From assembly GCA_041663425.1 (NCBI GenBank), contig JBAYMS010000001.1, positions 8,884-72,883 of the forward strand: 64,000 nt of DNA, given 5' to 3'. The notes below the pieces were generated by a model. That model ran no database searches and had not been told where the DNA came from. It worked only from the letters and a program-made list of their open reading frames with translations. Source of the stretch: Candidatus Omnitrophota bacterium. GTDB taxonomy: Bacteria > Omnitrophota > Gorgyraeia > 2-01-FULL-45-10. Positions 1 through 9,717 of this stretch are shown here, piece after piece. The position numbers were made by a program, and so were the translations under genes. Each line of letters begins with the position of its first letter. Position 1 is the first letter of the stretch.

Positions 1-168
1 CTCTGAGCCCAACTCTTTAAGTTCGCTGCGTGGGAGGGTCTTCTCCCTCATCTGCAATATATCCACACCGCCGGAAATCGCAAGCCTGGCGATTTCTGCC
101 GCAGGCCTTCCTTTGCCGCATTCTCCACTCAATACGAGATATAAGTTATGCTCTTTTAATTTGCTCAT
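1..168 (-). CDS. thiE: Thiamine-phosphate synthase (ThiE), N-terminal part only; the gene continues beyond the window start.
   Basis: Minus-strand translation from the ATG at 168..166 gives MSKLKEHNLYLVLSGECG...AISGGVDILQMREKTL. This matches the ThiE N-terminal pattern (YLVTD..., GGVDI.QLREK). Confidence 0.5.
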   Translation of the reverse strand, partial: MSKLKEHNLYLVLSGECGKGRPAAEIARLAISGGVDILQMREKTLPRSELKELGSE

Positions 169-219
169 AGATAAAAAACCCTCGCACCATACACCAAACT
201 TATGCTGTCAAGGCTGTTC

Positions 220-1218
220 TCACAGTCTTAAGCGTTCAACATCCTCGATTGTAGCAGGTTTTACAGAGATAGTCTTTTTATCCGCCGAACCCGCCTGCCA
301 ATAATAGACGTTCAGTAATGGTTCGTTCCTGAACTTTGTATGATACGCCGCGACGCCTGCGGCCAGGGCAATGGTATTTTCATCGCCACCACCACGCAAA
401 ACCGCCAGAGGTCCCTGGTAATCTTTTAACTTAAACATGATATCTGTCTTTCCTGCCATCTCCTGAAGCGCCTCATTCTCATCCTGGTCTCTTCCCACAG
501 CCAGCTTAGCCGCTGAAGATATCCTGAAGTGACGTCCGACCGTCAGGAACTTCAGATTCTGGGGTGAGAGTTCATTGTGCTGTATAAGGTCTTTAACCCT
601 CTTCGTAAAACCGGGGTCGGTAAGAAGACACCCGCCTGCCGGGTTCGGATATTGTTTTATACCATATTGTTCGGCCAGGGTAAATTGCGGCTTACGCGAC
701 CGGCCGGATATGGCAAGCAGCCTTTCTCTGTCAACAGCACCGTCTTTTTCCGGCACTGTAGGCTCGAGCAGTTTTGCCGATAGGGGTCTGAGCAGAAAAC
801 CTTTTAAACCGGAATCTCTTGTAATGATGTTAAGCGCATCGAGCCTCTGAGACATCGGCCGCTCACCGAGCACTTCTCCCGTTATGATAAATGATGCCCC
901 AAACTCGGCCATCATTTCTTTAGCTTTTTTAAGCATAAATATTTTACAGTCGATGCACGGATTTATATTTGCACCATATCCATGGCTGGGATTTTTGAGG
1001 ACACTTATATATTCTTCGGTAATATCGACGACTCTGATCGGCACGTCGAGCGCCTTGGCAGCTTTCGTCGCGACATTCTCACCATCCTGCATGATGCAGG
1101 CGCAGAAATCTATAGAAAAATTTACCGCCTGGACCTCGACATTCTGTTCCTGCATCAGCTTTACGGCAAGAATGCTGTCAAGTCCGCCTGAAAACATAGC
1201 AATACACTTTTTGTTCAT
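220..1218 (-). CDS. PP-loop ATP pyrophosphatase, ThiI-like sulfurtransferase catalytic domain without THUMP/NFLD domains.
   Basis: N-terminal SGGLDS PP-loop. The stretches MFSGGLDSILAVKLMQEQNVEVQAVNF and IITGEVLGERPMSQRLDALN resemble my memory of the ThiI PP-loop domain. The gene lies directly upstream of thiE on the same strand. Confidence 0.5.
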   Translation of the reverse strand: MNKKCIAMFSGGLDSILAVKLMQEQNVEVQAVNFSIDFCACIMQDGENVATKAAKALDVPIRVVDITEEYISVLKNPSHGYGANINPCIDCKIFMLKKAKEMMAEFGASFIITGEVLGERPMSQRLDALNIITRDSGLKGFLLRPLSAKLLEPTVPEKDGAVDRERLLAISGRSRKPQFTLAEQYGIKQYPNPAGGCLLTDPGFTKRVKDLIQHNELSPQNLKFLTVGRHFRISSAAKLAVGRDQDENEALQEMAGKTDIMFKLKDYQGPLAVLRGGGDENTIALAAGVAAYHTKFRNEPLLNVYYWQAGSADKKTISVKPATIEDVERLRL

Positions 1219-1257
1219 ATTGATGATTATAGCTTAGTGCGGAGCAAAACTGAAGAA

Positions 1258-3705
1258 TTAGTTTCTGCGCGGCGGAATAAACCTCTCTATCCTGTCCAGG
1301 CAGAATATGACTTCCTTTCGATTTATAGCATCGAACGGAATATATATCTGATACACCCCTTTGCCGCCATTCTTTATTCCTCCCCAGATAAAATAACAGC
1401 CTTTTTTTATTATGGAGTTCAGACGCATCTGCGCATTATTCCAATCGACAAAATAAAAATTCTTAATAGCATCGGCAGGGTCATCATAGCTTGAATCCGA
1501 GAACCATCTTCCCTCTATCCATGATTTTTTCTCCACCTTGGTGCCGTTTTCATCACAATGGAAGAACCTGTTTATAAATATATTTTTTTTCGCAACATAC
1601 ACCTTCATCGGACCGTCAAAATTTTCTGCGTTCTGGCCCAGTTCAGCCATAAGTTTTTTCGCAATTTCAGGCGGGGCAGTATCGTATTGCAGCCTATCCT
1701 TTATATTAAATTTTACCGTATTGTGGCTCTCGCCGAACAGCTCATATGAATTATTTTCATTAAGCTCGTCATACTTTACCGGAACGCTCACCCACCGTCC
1801 TTTTTCCCCATCGCCCCCGGGACCCTTTTTAGCTTTTTGTCCGCGATCTATTACTATCGTTTTATACGATTCTTTCCATAGAGAATCAAATTTTTCTTTA
1901 TATTCTTTGACAGCGCACGGAATAAAGACAAGACTTTCTCTCTCTTTGGTTTTTTTACCATCCCAATCATAACTGCCGGTAACCGTCTCATTTCCTATGA
2001 CTACAAACTCATTGCTCATGAGGCGCTTGCTTACACGATCATAGGTTATCGAAATATCTCCCCTTCGATAATTATTGATTCCCGAGACAGCCTCCTGCCG
2101 TTCAGCTTTTTTCTGAAGATCGCAAAAGTACTTTTTTATGATCCCTTTCTTTTGCTGGCTCGGATCAAGCAGGATTTGAATATTAACTCCCGATTCTCTG
2201 GCATCGAATAACGCTTTTGCTATTTTTTTATTTGTGAAAGAATGTTGCGCTATGCGTATGCTGGTATCTTCTGCGGGATGTTCCAGTTTACGTATCTTTG
2301 CTTTGTGGATAGAATTTATTATTGCTGTTTCACATTCGCATTGGCTGGAAAAATATGCTCTTACACCGTCGGGCGGTGAAAGATTTCGCGGTAACAGCCG
2401 TTTTTCGCCTCCCCACAGATAATCAAATTCCTCCTGAAAGCCGTCGGCATATTGTGTTAGAACGAGGCTGTCTTCGTTTATTTTTCCCGCTTTCTCGTCC
2501 CAATCAGAGCTGCCTGTCACTACAACCTTTTTATCGACAATAATAAACTTATCATGCATAAGGCCATTGCGCGAATCATACATTATATTCACTCCGCACT
2601 TTACCAGTTTTTTACTTATATCATCGTCCGCCTGGTCCTTGTTTAACACGATCCTTACCCTGACACCCGGCCGCCTGTTTTTCAGTGCACTCAACAAGAC
2701 GTCGGATTTAAAATTATACATGACTATATCGATCGCATTGTGAGCATTTGCGATTTCTTTGGACAAAGAACCAAGGGAACTGCCGTCCGGTGAAAATAAA
2801 ACACGCGCAGGTTCGTATGCCTTCACACTGTCTATTACTGTATAGTTTAATTTGCCCTGTATCGCTTCTATGTCTTTACGATTTTTACCGTCATTGTGCC
2901 TGGCGAGGATCTCCAATACACGGCGCCGCTCAGCGGTATTGTCCATGAGATCATCCGTTATTCTGTATTCGTATCCACCGGACATTGCTGTATTTGCCGT
3001 AACCAATCCCATCTGCGCGAGCAGATCCAGGCTGCGATAAACCTTCTGTGGAGATATTTCCATTTTTTTTGCATATTCCGAAACTGTGGCTTTTCCCTTA
3101 AAGTTATACGTAAGGCATTTCAATACTTCGCTCACCGGCAAAGGTCCTGCCCTGTTATTTTCCTCTGTGATTTCTTTGTATTTTTCACAGCTTAACTCTT
3201 CAACAAAAATCCTGCGGAAAGACCGTGACCCGACCTCTATATGATTAAACGTTCTGGCCCTGCTTTTATTGCGGAAATAATGGAAAACTTTGGCACTCGA
3301 ACCGGGTCTTTGCCTATAAGTTATGTATACCCCGTCCTGTATATCGATTTTTTCTATTTTCACCCTGCTGCAATTCGGCAATTTTATAATACGCCGGAGA
3401 TCGCTAAGCGAAAGTCCTGCTTCCAGTCCTCTCGATACAAAAAAAGCTGTGTAAAGAAATGTTGTATCGCTTTCTAATTTTTCTTTCGTGTCGTTTGTAT
3501 CGCTACATACCTTAAGCTGATTATCGGCGTTTGTGATTTTCACCAATGGCGCAAATTGTGAGTTAGGGCTTATGCTTTGAATGTCGGGATAAATGGGGGC
3601 ATCGCTTAATAGCGCATATAATAAAAAAGACCATGCGGCGATCTTTATCCCACATGGTCTATGCGGCTTTTTTGCAAACCTGCTTTCTACTAAAACAATA
3701 CTCAC
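1258..3705 (-). CDS. Phospholipase-D-family (HKD) protein with an N-terminal signal peptide and a winged-HTH-like segment; possible PLD-type nuclease or lipid phosphodiesterase.
   Basis: Hydrophobic N-terminus. Canonical HxKxxxxD...GSxD motif (LMHDKFIIVDKKVVVTGSSDWD). A second, degenerate PLD-like repeat (LMSNEFVVIGNETVTGSYDWD). An HTH-like stretch (ISPQKVYRSLDLLAQMGLV). Confidence 0.55.
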   Translation of the reverse strand: MSIVLVESRFAKKPHRPCGIKIAAWSFLLYALLSDAPIYPDIQSISPNSQFAPLVKITNADNQLKVCSDTNDTKEKLESDTTFLYTAFFVSRGLEAGLSLSDLRRIIKLPNCSRVKIEKIDIQDGVYITYRQRPGSSAKVFHYFRNKSRARTFNHIEVGSRSFRRIFVEELSCEKYKEITEENNRAGPLPVSEVLKCLTYNFKGKATVSEYAKKMEISPQKVYRSLDLLAQMGLVTANTAMSGGYEYRITDDLMDNTAERRRVLEILARHNDGKNRKDIEAIQGKLNYTVIDSVKAYEPARVLFSPDGSSLGSLSKEIANAHNAIDIVMYNFKSDVLLSALKNRRPGVRVRIVLNKDQADDDISKKLVKCGVNIMYDSRNGLMHDKFIIVDKKVVVTGSSDWDEKAGKINEDSLVLTQYADGFQEEFDYLWGGEKRLLPRNLSPPDGVRAYFSSQCECETAIINSIHKAKIRKLEHPAEDTSIRIAQHSFTNKKIAKALFDARESGVNIQILLDPSQQKKGIIKKYFCDLQKKAERQEAVSGINNYRRGDISITYDRVSKRLMSNEFVVIGNETVTGSYDWDGKKTKERESLVFIPCAVKEYKEKFDSLWKESYKTIVIDRGQKAKKGPGGDGEKGRWVSVPVKYDELNENNSYELFGESHNTVKFNIKDRLQYDTAPPEIAKKLMAELGQNAENFDGPMKVYVAKKNIFINRFFHCDENGTKVEKKSWIEGRWFSDSSYDDPADAIKNFYFVDWNNAQMRLNSIIKKGCYFIWGGIKNGGKGVYQIYIPFDAINRKEVIFCLDRIERFIPPRRN

Positions 3706-3736
3706 AGGATTTCACCTTTCTTTAAAAAGGCGGGCA

Positions 3737-3770
3737 TAAAAAAATGCCTGGCGAAAATATGCCAAGCATT
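3737..3770 (-). terminator. Candidate rho-independent terminator downstream of rarA (minus strand).
   Basis: The minus-strand transcript reads aaugcuuggc-auauuuuc-gccaggcauu, a 10-bp stem with one G·U pair, followed by UUUUUUUAU. Confidence 0.4.
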
Positions 3771-3879
3771 TATTCAGTATTTTTAAAGCCTATAAAAGCT
3801 TACATTAAGAATGGGGATAAAGCAATAGGCGGGAGGCTACCTTTTTTATCTTTAATCAACTAAATTTAACAAAAGATTA

Positions 3880-5184
3880 TCACTGCTTTTTAAGATTTTC
3901 AAGCCATTCTTTGATCTTTTTCTCGTAACCCATCTCGGTTGGGATGTAATAAGCCTTGCTGGAGGGCTTATATTCCTGCTTCACATAATGATTTTTGAAA
4001 TCGTGCGCATATTTGTAATCTTTGCCGTGTCCGAATGCATCGGAATCCATAGTAGCATCTTTGAGGTGGTTAGGCACTTCCAGGACCTTACCCTCCTCAA
4101 CATCTTTCATAGCTGCCTCTATGCCCAGATACGCCGCATTTGACTTAGGTGCACATGCTACATAAACGGCTGCCTGGGCAAGCGGTATGCGCGCTTCCGG
4201 CATTCCGACAAATTCCGACACCTGCAGCGCCGCATTCGCTATTACTATCGCCTGCGGGTCTGCGTTACCCACATCTTCTGCCGCACATATCACGATTCTG
4301 CGGGCTATAAACCGCGGATCTTCGCCTGCGTAGATCATCTTTGCCAGCCAATAAAGCGCTGCGTCCGGATCCGAGCCTCTCATAGACTTTATGAATGCGG
4401 AGATCGTGTCGTAATGCCCGTCTTCGTCTTTGTCATACAATACGGACTTCTTCTGTATCGACTCCTCGGCAACTTTAAGCGTAAAATGTATTTTTTTGTC
4501 TTTGGCGGCAAGGGTGGTCAGCGCTCCTACCTCAAGCGCAGAAAGAGCCCTCCTCGCATCACCATCTGAAACTTTAGCCAGATGCTCCAGCGCTCCGGCC
4601 TCTATCTCAACCGGCATCTTACCAAGTCCGCGCTCTTTGTCTGCCAAAGCCTTTTTTAATATTGTAATTATATTTTCGTCTGAAAGTTTCTTGTATTCGA
4701 AAACCTGGGACCGGGACAGTAAGGCGGCATTTACGTAAAAGAACGGGTTATGTGTTGTTGTGCCTATCAGTATTGGGTTGCCGGCTTCAACATCCGGCAT
4801 AAGCACATCCTGCTGCGCCTTATTAAACCGGTGTATCTCGTCGACTAAAAGTATTGTCCGTTTGCCGCTGGTCGCTTCGCGCTTATGCGCCTGTTCTATT
4901 ATACGCCGCATGTCCGCGACATTGTTTGACGCGGCGTTTATACGCTCAAAATGGGAATTCGTCTTCTCGCTTATTATAAGAGCAAGTGTAGTCTTGCCGC
5001 AACCAGGAGGGCCATAAAGAATTATCGAGGAGATAGTATCGGATTCGATCAGACGGCGCAACAGCTTATCTTTGCCGAGGATATGTTCCTGGCCTACAAA
5101 ATCATCGAGCGACCCGGGCCTCATACGCGAGGCCATAGGCTCATTTTCTTTTATTTTAATTTTTTCTTTTTCGAATAGATCCAT
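3880..5184 (-). CDS. rarA: Replication-associated recombination protein A (RarA/MgsA AAA+ ATPase).
   Basis: Walker A GPPGCGKTTLA and the conserved MgsA/RarA C-terminal region are present. Length is 434 aa. Confidence 0.9.
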   Translation of the reverse strand: MDLFEKEKIKIKENEPMASRMRPGSLDDFVGQEHILGKDKLLRRLIESDTISSIILYGPPGCGKTTLALIISEKTNSHFERINAASNNVADMRRIIEQAHKREATSGKRTILLVDEIHRFNKAQQDVLMPDVEAGNPILIGTTTHNPFFYVNAALLSRSQVFEYKKLSDENIITILKKALADKERGLGKMPVEIEAGALEHLAKVSDGDARRALSALEVGALTTLAAKDKKIHFTLKVAEESIQKKSVLYDKDEDGHYDTISAFIKSMRGSDPDAALYWLAKMIYAGEDPRFIARRIVICAAEDVGNADPQAIVIANAALQVSEFVGMPEARIPLAQAAVYVACAPKSNAAYLGIEAAMKDVEEGKVLEVPNHLKDATMDSDAFGHGKDYKYAHDFKNHYVKQEYKPSSKAYYIPTEMGYEKKIKEWLENLKKQ

Positions 5185-5423
5185 ATTAAATAAAAAAATC
5201 CCCGCCTGTGCCGTGTGAACTTAATAATTTTGATCCCGATTCTCATCAGGTGGGAGCCCTCGAACAAACGCCAAAGCGTTTAACCAGTTAGGCCCCCGAT
5301 TCTAAATTATTGGGTCAAAATTTCTAATTCAATCACGCGCACCGCAGGGATATTTCTATTCCTAAATAAAGTATATCATACGATTACCGCAAAGGCAAAT
5401 TACGCCCGGGCGGTGCGATGGTT

Positions 5424-7463
5424 CTATCGTAATTTTGCGTCGAGTTTTTCTTCAAGTACACGCAGAATATTTGAATGGACAGACGTAACATCTTTTTCTT
5501 CGAGAGTTTTGGACAGATCAGCGTATTCAAGCCTGTAGGTAAGACTAACCTTACCGTCGGGAATCTGTTTACCGGCATATCTGTCGATCAGTTTTATCTC
5601 TTTTAGGATCGTCCCTGCCGTAGATTTTACCAGGTCGATAAGATCGGCATTTAAAACATCTTTGGGTACTACAAGCGACATGTCCCTGTGAGCTGACGGG
5701 TATTTCGGAAGCTCTACAAATCGCTTTTTAAGATTAGCGTGTTTTATTATAGTTTCCAGCGACAGCTCGCAGAAATATACATTGTCTTTGACGTCAAATT
5801 TATTAAGCATCTCCCTGTAAACCTCGCCTATCATGCCTATCACTTCTCCGGATATCTCAATAGATGCAGAGCATGAACGGGAATAAATATCGCCTGAGGT
5901 GGTTTTGAAAATTACTTTATCTATGCCGAGCGCTGATAAGGCCGCCTCTACCATTCCTTTTAGATCAAAAAAGCTGCAGGCCCTGGCGCCTTCTATCCAA
6001 CTCGTCACCTCTCCGGTAATGCCTATCGATAGATGTTTTTTTTCGGCAAATTTAATATCCGATTCTCTTATATATATTTTACCTATCTCAAAAAGTTTCA
6101 GATCTTTTGCTTTCCTGTTTATATTCCATAATATCGAGGAAAGCATGCCCGAGACAAGATTCGGCCGCATCACTTCCTGCTCGCTCGATAGCGGATTCTT
6201 TATCTCAACTATGGTGTTCAAAGCCGTATCAGAAACCGTAAGCATATTCTTACCAAGCAAACTATAGGTTATGATCTCGTCCGCACCCAATCCAGTCAGT
6301 ATTGTCCTTACTATTGTTTCGACTGTCATCTCAACGGGGATTTTGTTCTCCTGCTCCACTATTTCAGGTATGGTGCTCGGTATTTTATTATAACCATATA
6401 TGCGGGCCACCTCTTCCACCACGTCTATCTCTGTGTTAAGATCATACCGGAATGGCGGCGGTTCCACCACTATGCCGCTCTTTGAAGTTTTCTTTATCTT
6501 CATACCGAGGGAACTGATAATTCTCTTTGCCGTAAGCGCGGGTACTTCTATCCCCAAAGTTGCCTCAAGCTTTGAAAACCGTAACGTTATCGTTTTTTTA
6601 GCTGGAATATTTTTGCCTATGTCGATAAAATTACAAATTTCACCGCGGGCCGTTTCTTTTATAAGTGACGCCGCCCGCGAAGAGGAATACACTATATTAT
6701 TTATATCTATCTTTCTTTCAAACCGATAGCTTGAATCAGTAGATATGCCGAGCGATCGGGCAGTTCTTCTCACGGATATCTGGTCAAATGAAGCAGCTTC
6801 AAGTAGTATATTTTTCGTTGCGTTTGTAACTTCTGTATTTATACCGCCCATCACTCCGGCGATCGCGATCGCTTTCACTTTATCGGCTATTACAAGCATG
6901 GACTCGGTAAGAGTTCTTTCGACACCATCGATCGTGACTATCTTTTCGCCCTTGCGCGCCTTCCTTATAATGATCTCGCCGCCTTCGATTTTATCCATAT
7001 CGAAAGCATGCATGGGCTGGCCGGTTTCGAATAAACAGAAATTGGTTATATCGACAACGTTATTGACCGGGCGCAGGTTCATTGCATCAAGTTTTTTTCT
7101 GATCCCATCTGCGGAATCCGCGACTTTTACATCTTTTATAACCTGCAGCGTATATCTGGGACATAAGGTTTTTTCTTCAACGTTAACTTTTATCCCGGCT
7201 TTATCTTTGGAAGTTTTTATTTTCGGAAGGATGGGCAGTTTAAGTTTATTACCCGTAATGGCAGAAAGCTCTCTTGCCACTCCTATGTGCGATAGCCAAT
7301 CGGGCCTATTCGCAGTAACTTCTATTTCCAGAATGTAGTCGCTGCCTTCTTTATGCAAGATAGACTCTGTTGTAAGCCCGGACATTGTCAGCAGTTCTGC
7401 CAACTTTTCGGGCGCAGCATTCAGATTTATATAGTCTTTTAACCAGTTATAGCTTATGCGCAT
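5424..7463 (-). CDS. pheT: Phenylalanine--tRNA ligase beta subunit.
   Basis: Classic PheT start MRISYNWLKDY; B3/4 and B5 domains and a C-terminal FDX-ACB-like region. Located immediately downstream of pheS. Confidence 0.9.
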   Translation of the reverse strand: MRISYNWLKDYINLNAAPEKLAELLTMSGLTTESILHKEGSDYILEIEVTANRPDWLSHIGVARELSAITGNKLKLPILPKIKTSKDKAGIKVNVEEKTLCPRYTLQVIKDVKVADSADGIRKKLDAMNLRPVNNVVDITNFCLFETGQPMHAFDMDKIEGGEIIIRKARKGEKIVTIDGVERTLTESMLVIADKVKAIAIAGVMGGINTEVTNATKNILLEAASFDQISVRRTARSLGISTDSSYRFERKIDINNIVYSSSRAASLIKETARGEICNFIDIGKNIPAKKTITLRFSKLEATLGIEVPALTAKRIISSLGMKIKKTSKSGIVVEPPPFRYDLNTEIDVVEEVARIYGYNKIPSTIPEIVEQENKIPVEMTVETIVRTILTGLGADEIITYSLLGKNMLTVSDTALNTIVEIKNPLSSEQEVMRPNLVSGMLSSILWNINRKAKDLKLFEIGKIYIRESDIKFAEKKHLSIGITGEVTSWIEGARACSFFDLKGMVEAALSALGIDKVIFKTTSGDIYSRSCSASIEISGEVIGMIGEVYREMLNKFDVKDNVYFCELSLETIIKHANLKKRFVELPKYPSAHRDMSLVVPKDVLNADLIDLVKSTAGTILKEIKLIDRYAGKQIPDGKVSLTYRLEYADLSKTLEEKDVTSVHSNILRVLEEKLDAKLR

Positions 7464-7466
7464 ATA

Positions 7467-8507
7467 TTAAAATTGTTTCAGGAACCTCTCGTCGTTCTCA
7501 AAAAACAGCCTTATGTCATTTACTCCATACTTAAGTATTGCTATCCTGTCAGCTCCCATGCCGAATGCAAATCCGGTATATTTTTCCGGATCATATCCTA
7601 CATTTTTAAACACCTTCGGATTTACCATGCCTGAACCCAATATCTCTATCCAGCCTTTACCGCCGCAGAGACTGCATCTGGCATGACCCTTAGATCCCGA
7701 TCCTTGCCCTCCGCAAAGTATGCATGATATATCTACTTCGGCGCTGGGTTCCGTGAAAGGAAAGAAACTCGGACGGAAACGCATTCTTGTAGATTTTCCA
7801 AATAACTGCTTTGCAAATACTTCTAAAACACCTTTGAGATCGGAAAATTTTATTGATTTTCCTACTACCAGCCCCTCGATCTGATGGAACATGAAGGAGT
7901 GAGATGCGTCGGTAGCGTCAGGCCTGTAAACTTTCCCCGGAACGATTATCGAAAATGGCGGTTTATTCTTTTCCATAAAGCGCGCCTGTACTGGAGATGT
8001 ATGGCTTCTTAAAAGATATTTTTCTGCGGACTTCAGATAAAAAGTATCGAAAGCATCCCTGGAGGGATGTTCCAGCGGTATGTTCAGAGCTTCAAAATTA
8101 TAACGCTCAGTCTCTATTTCCGGCCCCTCGACTATCTTAAAACCAAGCGAGACGAATACTGAGCATATTTCGTTTATTGTCTGCGTAATAGGATGTATCT
8201 TGCCGGGTTTTCTGGCAATGCCGGGCAGCGTTACATCAATACGGTCTTTGATTTCTTCGGCATGCGAAGCTACAGCCAGCTTATCATCAAGCGTCTTGGT
8301 AAGAGTGTTCTTAAGGGCATTTACAAGGACACCTACCTCGGGTTTTTCGGCAGCGGGAAGGAGCGCCATTTTTTTAAACAACTCCGTCACCACACCTTTA
8401 CGCCCGAGATATTTTATCCTTAGAGTCTCCAGACAAGCCTTGTCGGTATTTGATGAACCTATCTCGGCAAGTGCTTCGGCTTCTATTTTTTTAAGCTCTT
8501 CTTTCAT
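7467..8507 (-). CDS. pheS: Phenylalanine--tRNA ligase alpha subunit, carrying a Cys4 insertion.
   Basis: Class II aaRS motifs (FPFTEPS, GWIEILGSGMV, GFAFGMGADR). Insertion CILCGGQGSGSKGHARCSLCGG between them. Confidence 0.9.
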   Translation of the reverse strand: MKEELKKIEAEALAEIGSSNTDKACLETLRIKYLGRKGVVTELFKKMALLPAAEKPEVGVLVNALKNTLTKTLDDKLAVASHAEEIKDRIDVTLPGIARKPGKIHPITQTINEICSVFVSLGFKIVEGPEIETERYNFEALNIPLEHPSRDAFDTFYLKSAEKYLLRSHTSPVQARFMEKNKPPFSIIVPGKVYRPDATDASHSFMFHQIEGLVVGKSIKFSDLKGVLEVFAKQLFGKSTRMRFRPSFFPFTEPSAEVDISCILCGGQGSGSKGHARCSLCGGKGWIEILGSGMVNPKVFKNVGYDPEKYTGFAFGMGADRIAILKYGVNDIRLFFENDERFLKQF

Positions 8508-8528
8508 CTGCTAAGCTTTACGTTCCTG

Positions 8529-8876
8529 CTATGCTTTTACTGCTTCTACAAGTTTTGTAAATGCCTTTTTATCAGAAACTGCAAGTTCCGCCAGTATCTT
8601 TCTGTCTATAAGAACTTTTATCTTCTTGAGGCCGTTCATGAACTTCGAGTAAGATATTTCGTTCTCTCTGCAGGCTGCATTGATCCTGACTATCCAAAGC
8701 GAACGGAAATCGCGTTTACGCGCTTTACGGTCTCTGGTGGCATACATCATGCCTTTTGCCACGGACTCCATAGCGCGTTTATGAAAACGCGACCTGCCGC
8801 CCCATTGGCCTTCGGCAAGTTTCATTACCCTTTTTTTACGTTTATGTGCCGCTACTGCATGTTTTACTTTTGACAT
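8529..8876 (-). CDS. rplT: 50S ribosomal protein L20.
   Basis: MSKVKHAVAAHKRKKRVMKLAEGQWGGRS... is the conserved L20 sequence. Sits in the infC-rpmI-rplT operon. Confidence 0.95.
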   Translation of the reverse strand: MSKVKHAVAAHKRKKRVMKLAEGQWGGRSRFHKRAMESVAKGMMYATRDRKARKRDFRSLWIVRINAACRENEISYSKFMNGLKKIKVLIDRKILAELAVSDKKAFTKLVEAVKA

Positions 8877-8887
8877 TGATCCCCCTT

Positions 8888-9088
8888 TTAAGCGCCGTAG
8901 GGCAGAAGCTTATTCATAGCGGACTCAAAACCTTTCGCTACAAATCCTGCCTTAGATAATTGGCGTTTTCTTTTTGCCGTTCTGCCCGTCAATAGATGGC
9001 TCTTATTGGCTTTGAACCTTTTTATCTTGCCGGACTTCGTTGTTCTCATTCTTTTTTTAACACTTCTGTTCGTCTTTAGTTTTGGCAT
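8888..9088 (-). CDS. rpmI: 50S ribosomal protein L35.
   Basis: MPKLKTNRSVKKRMRTTKSGKIKR... is an L35 signature; 66 aa. Confidence 0.9.
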   Translation of the reverse strand: MPKLKTNRSVKKRMRTTKSGKIKRFKANKSHLLTGRTAKRKRQLSKAGFVAKGFESAMNKLLPYGA

Positions 9089-9201
9089 CGTCTTTCTCCT
9101 TTGTTATATCAAACCATTCATAAGTTGCAAATTATAAGCTGCGAATAAATGCCTTGCTGTTACGGCTAAAGCTTAAAGCTGGTATTTACCTGACTTTGCT
9201 C

Positions 9202-9717
9202 TTATTTCGCCCTTATAACCATATTTATAAACCGGCCTTCTTGTCTGGGCGGCTCTTCTATTTCGCCTATCTGGGAAATATCGCTCGATAATCTGTCCAG
9301 TATCTTTCTGCCAAGGTCGACGTGGGCCATTTCTCTGCCTTTAAACATCATCGTGACTTTCACTTTGTCGCCTCGTTTCAAAAAGTCTTCCAGATTTCTT
9401 ACTTTAAACTGGTAGTCGTGCTCTCCTATCTTAGGGCTTAGGCGTATTTCTTTAAGACGCACTACTTTTTGTTTTTTACGAGCCTCTTTTTCCCTCTTCT
9501 CCTGTTCGTATTTATACTTTGAGTAATCCATTATTCTGCAAACAGGCGGCACAGCTGTTGGCGCTACTTCGACCAGGTCCAGGCCCGCTTCTTCAGCTCT
9601 TTTTAATGCATCCGGTGTTGCTAATACTCCGAGCTGCTCGCCGGCTTCTCCGACAACCCTGACCTCCCTGACTCTTATCCGGTTATTGATCCTCAAGTCT
9701 TTCTTAGCGATAGTCAA
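9202..9717 (-). CDS. infC: Translation initiation factor IF-3.
   Basis: IF-3 N- and C-domains are present. The start codon is TTG (revcomp of caa at 9715..9717), consistent with the unusual infC starts seen in other bacteria. It is directly adjacent to the thrS stop. Confidence 0.9.
   Translation of the reverse strand: MTIAKKDLRINNRIRVREVRVVGEAGEQLGVLATPDALKRAEEAGLDLVEVAPTAVPPVCRIMDYSKYKYEQEKREKEARKKQKVVRLKEIRLSPKIGEHDYQFKVRNLEDFLKRGDKVKVTMMFKGREMAHVDLGRKILDRLSSDISQIGEIEEPPRQEGRFINMVIRAK

Noticed and set aside
113-304. A 63-aa plus-strand ORF.
   Set aside because: It overlaps the minus-strand thiE N-terminus and ThiI-like gene, and has no recognisable motif. Likely spurious.
5185-5423. A structured ~240-nt region between pheT and rarA (AAACGC-CAAA-GCGTTT hairpin, plus a GC hairpin and U-run just before the rarA ATG). 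Considered as a small RNA or riboswitch.
   Set aside because: No recognisable conserved riboswitch, SRP, 6S or tmRNA core motifs. More simply explained as the pheT terminator plus rarA promoter (TTGCCT-17-TATACT on the minus strand) and leader.
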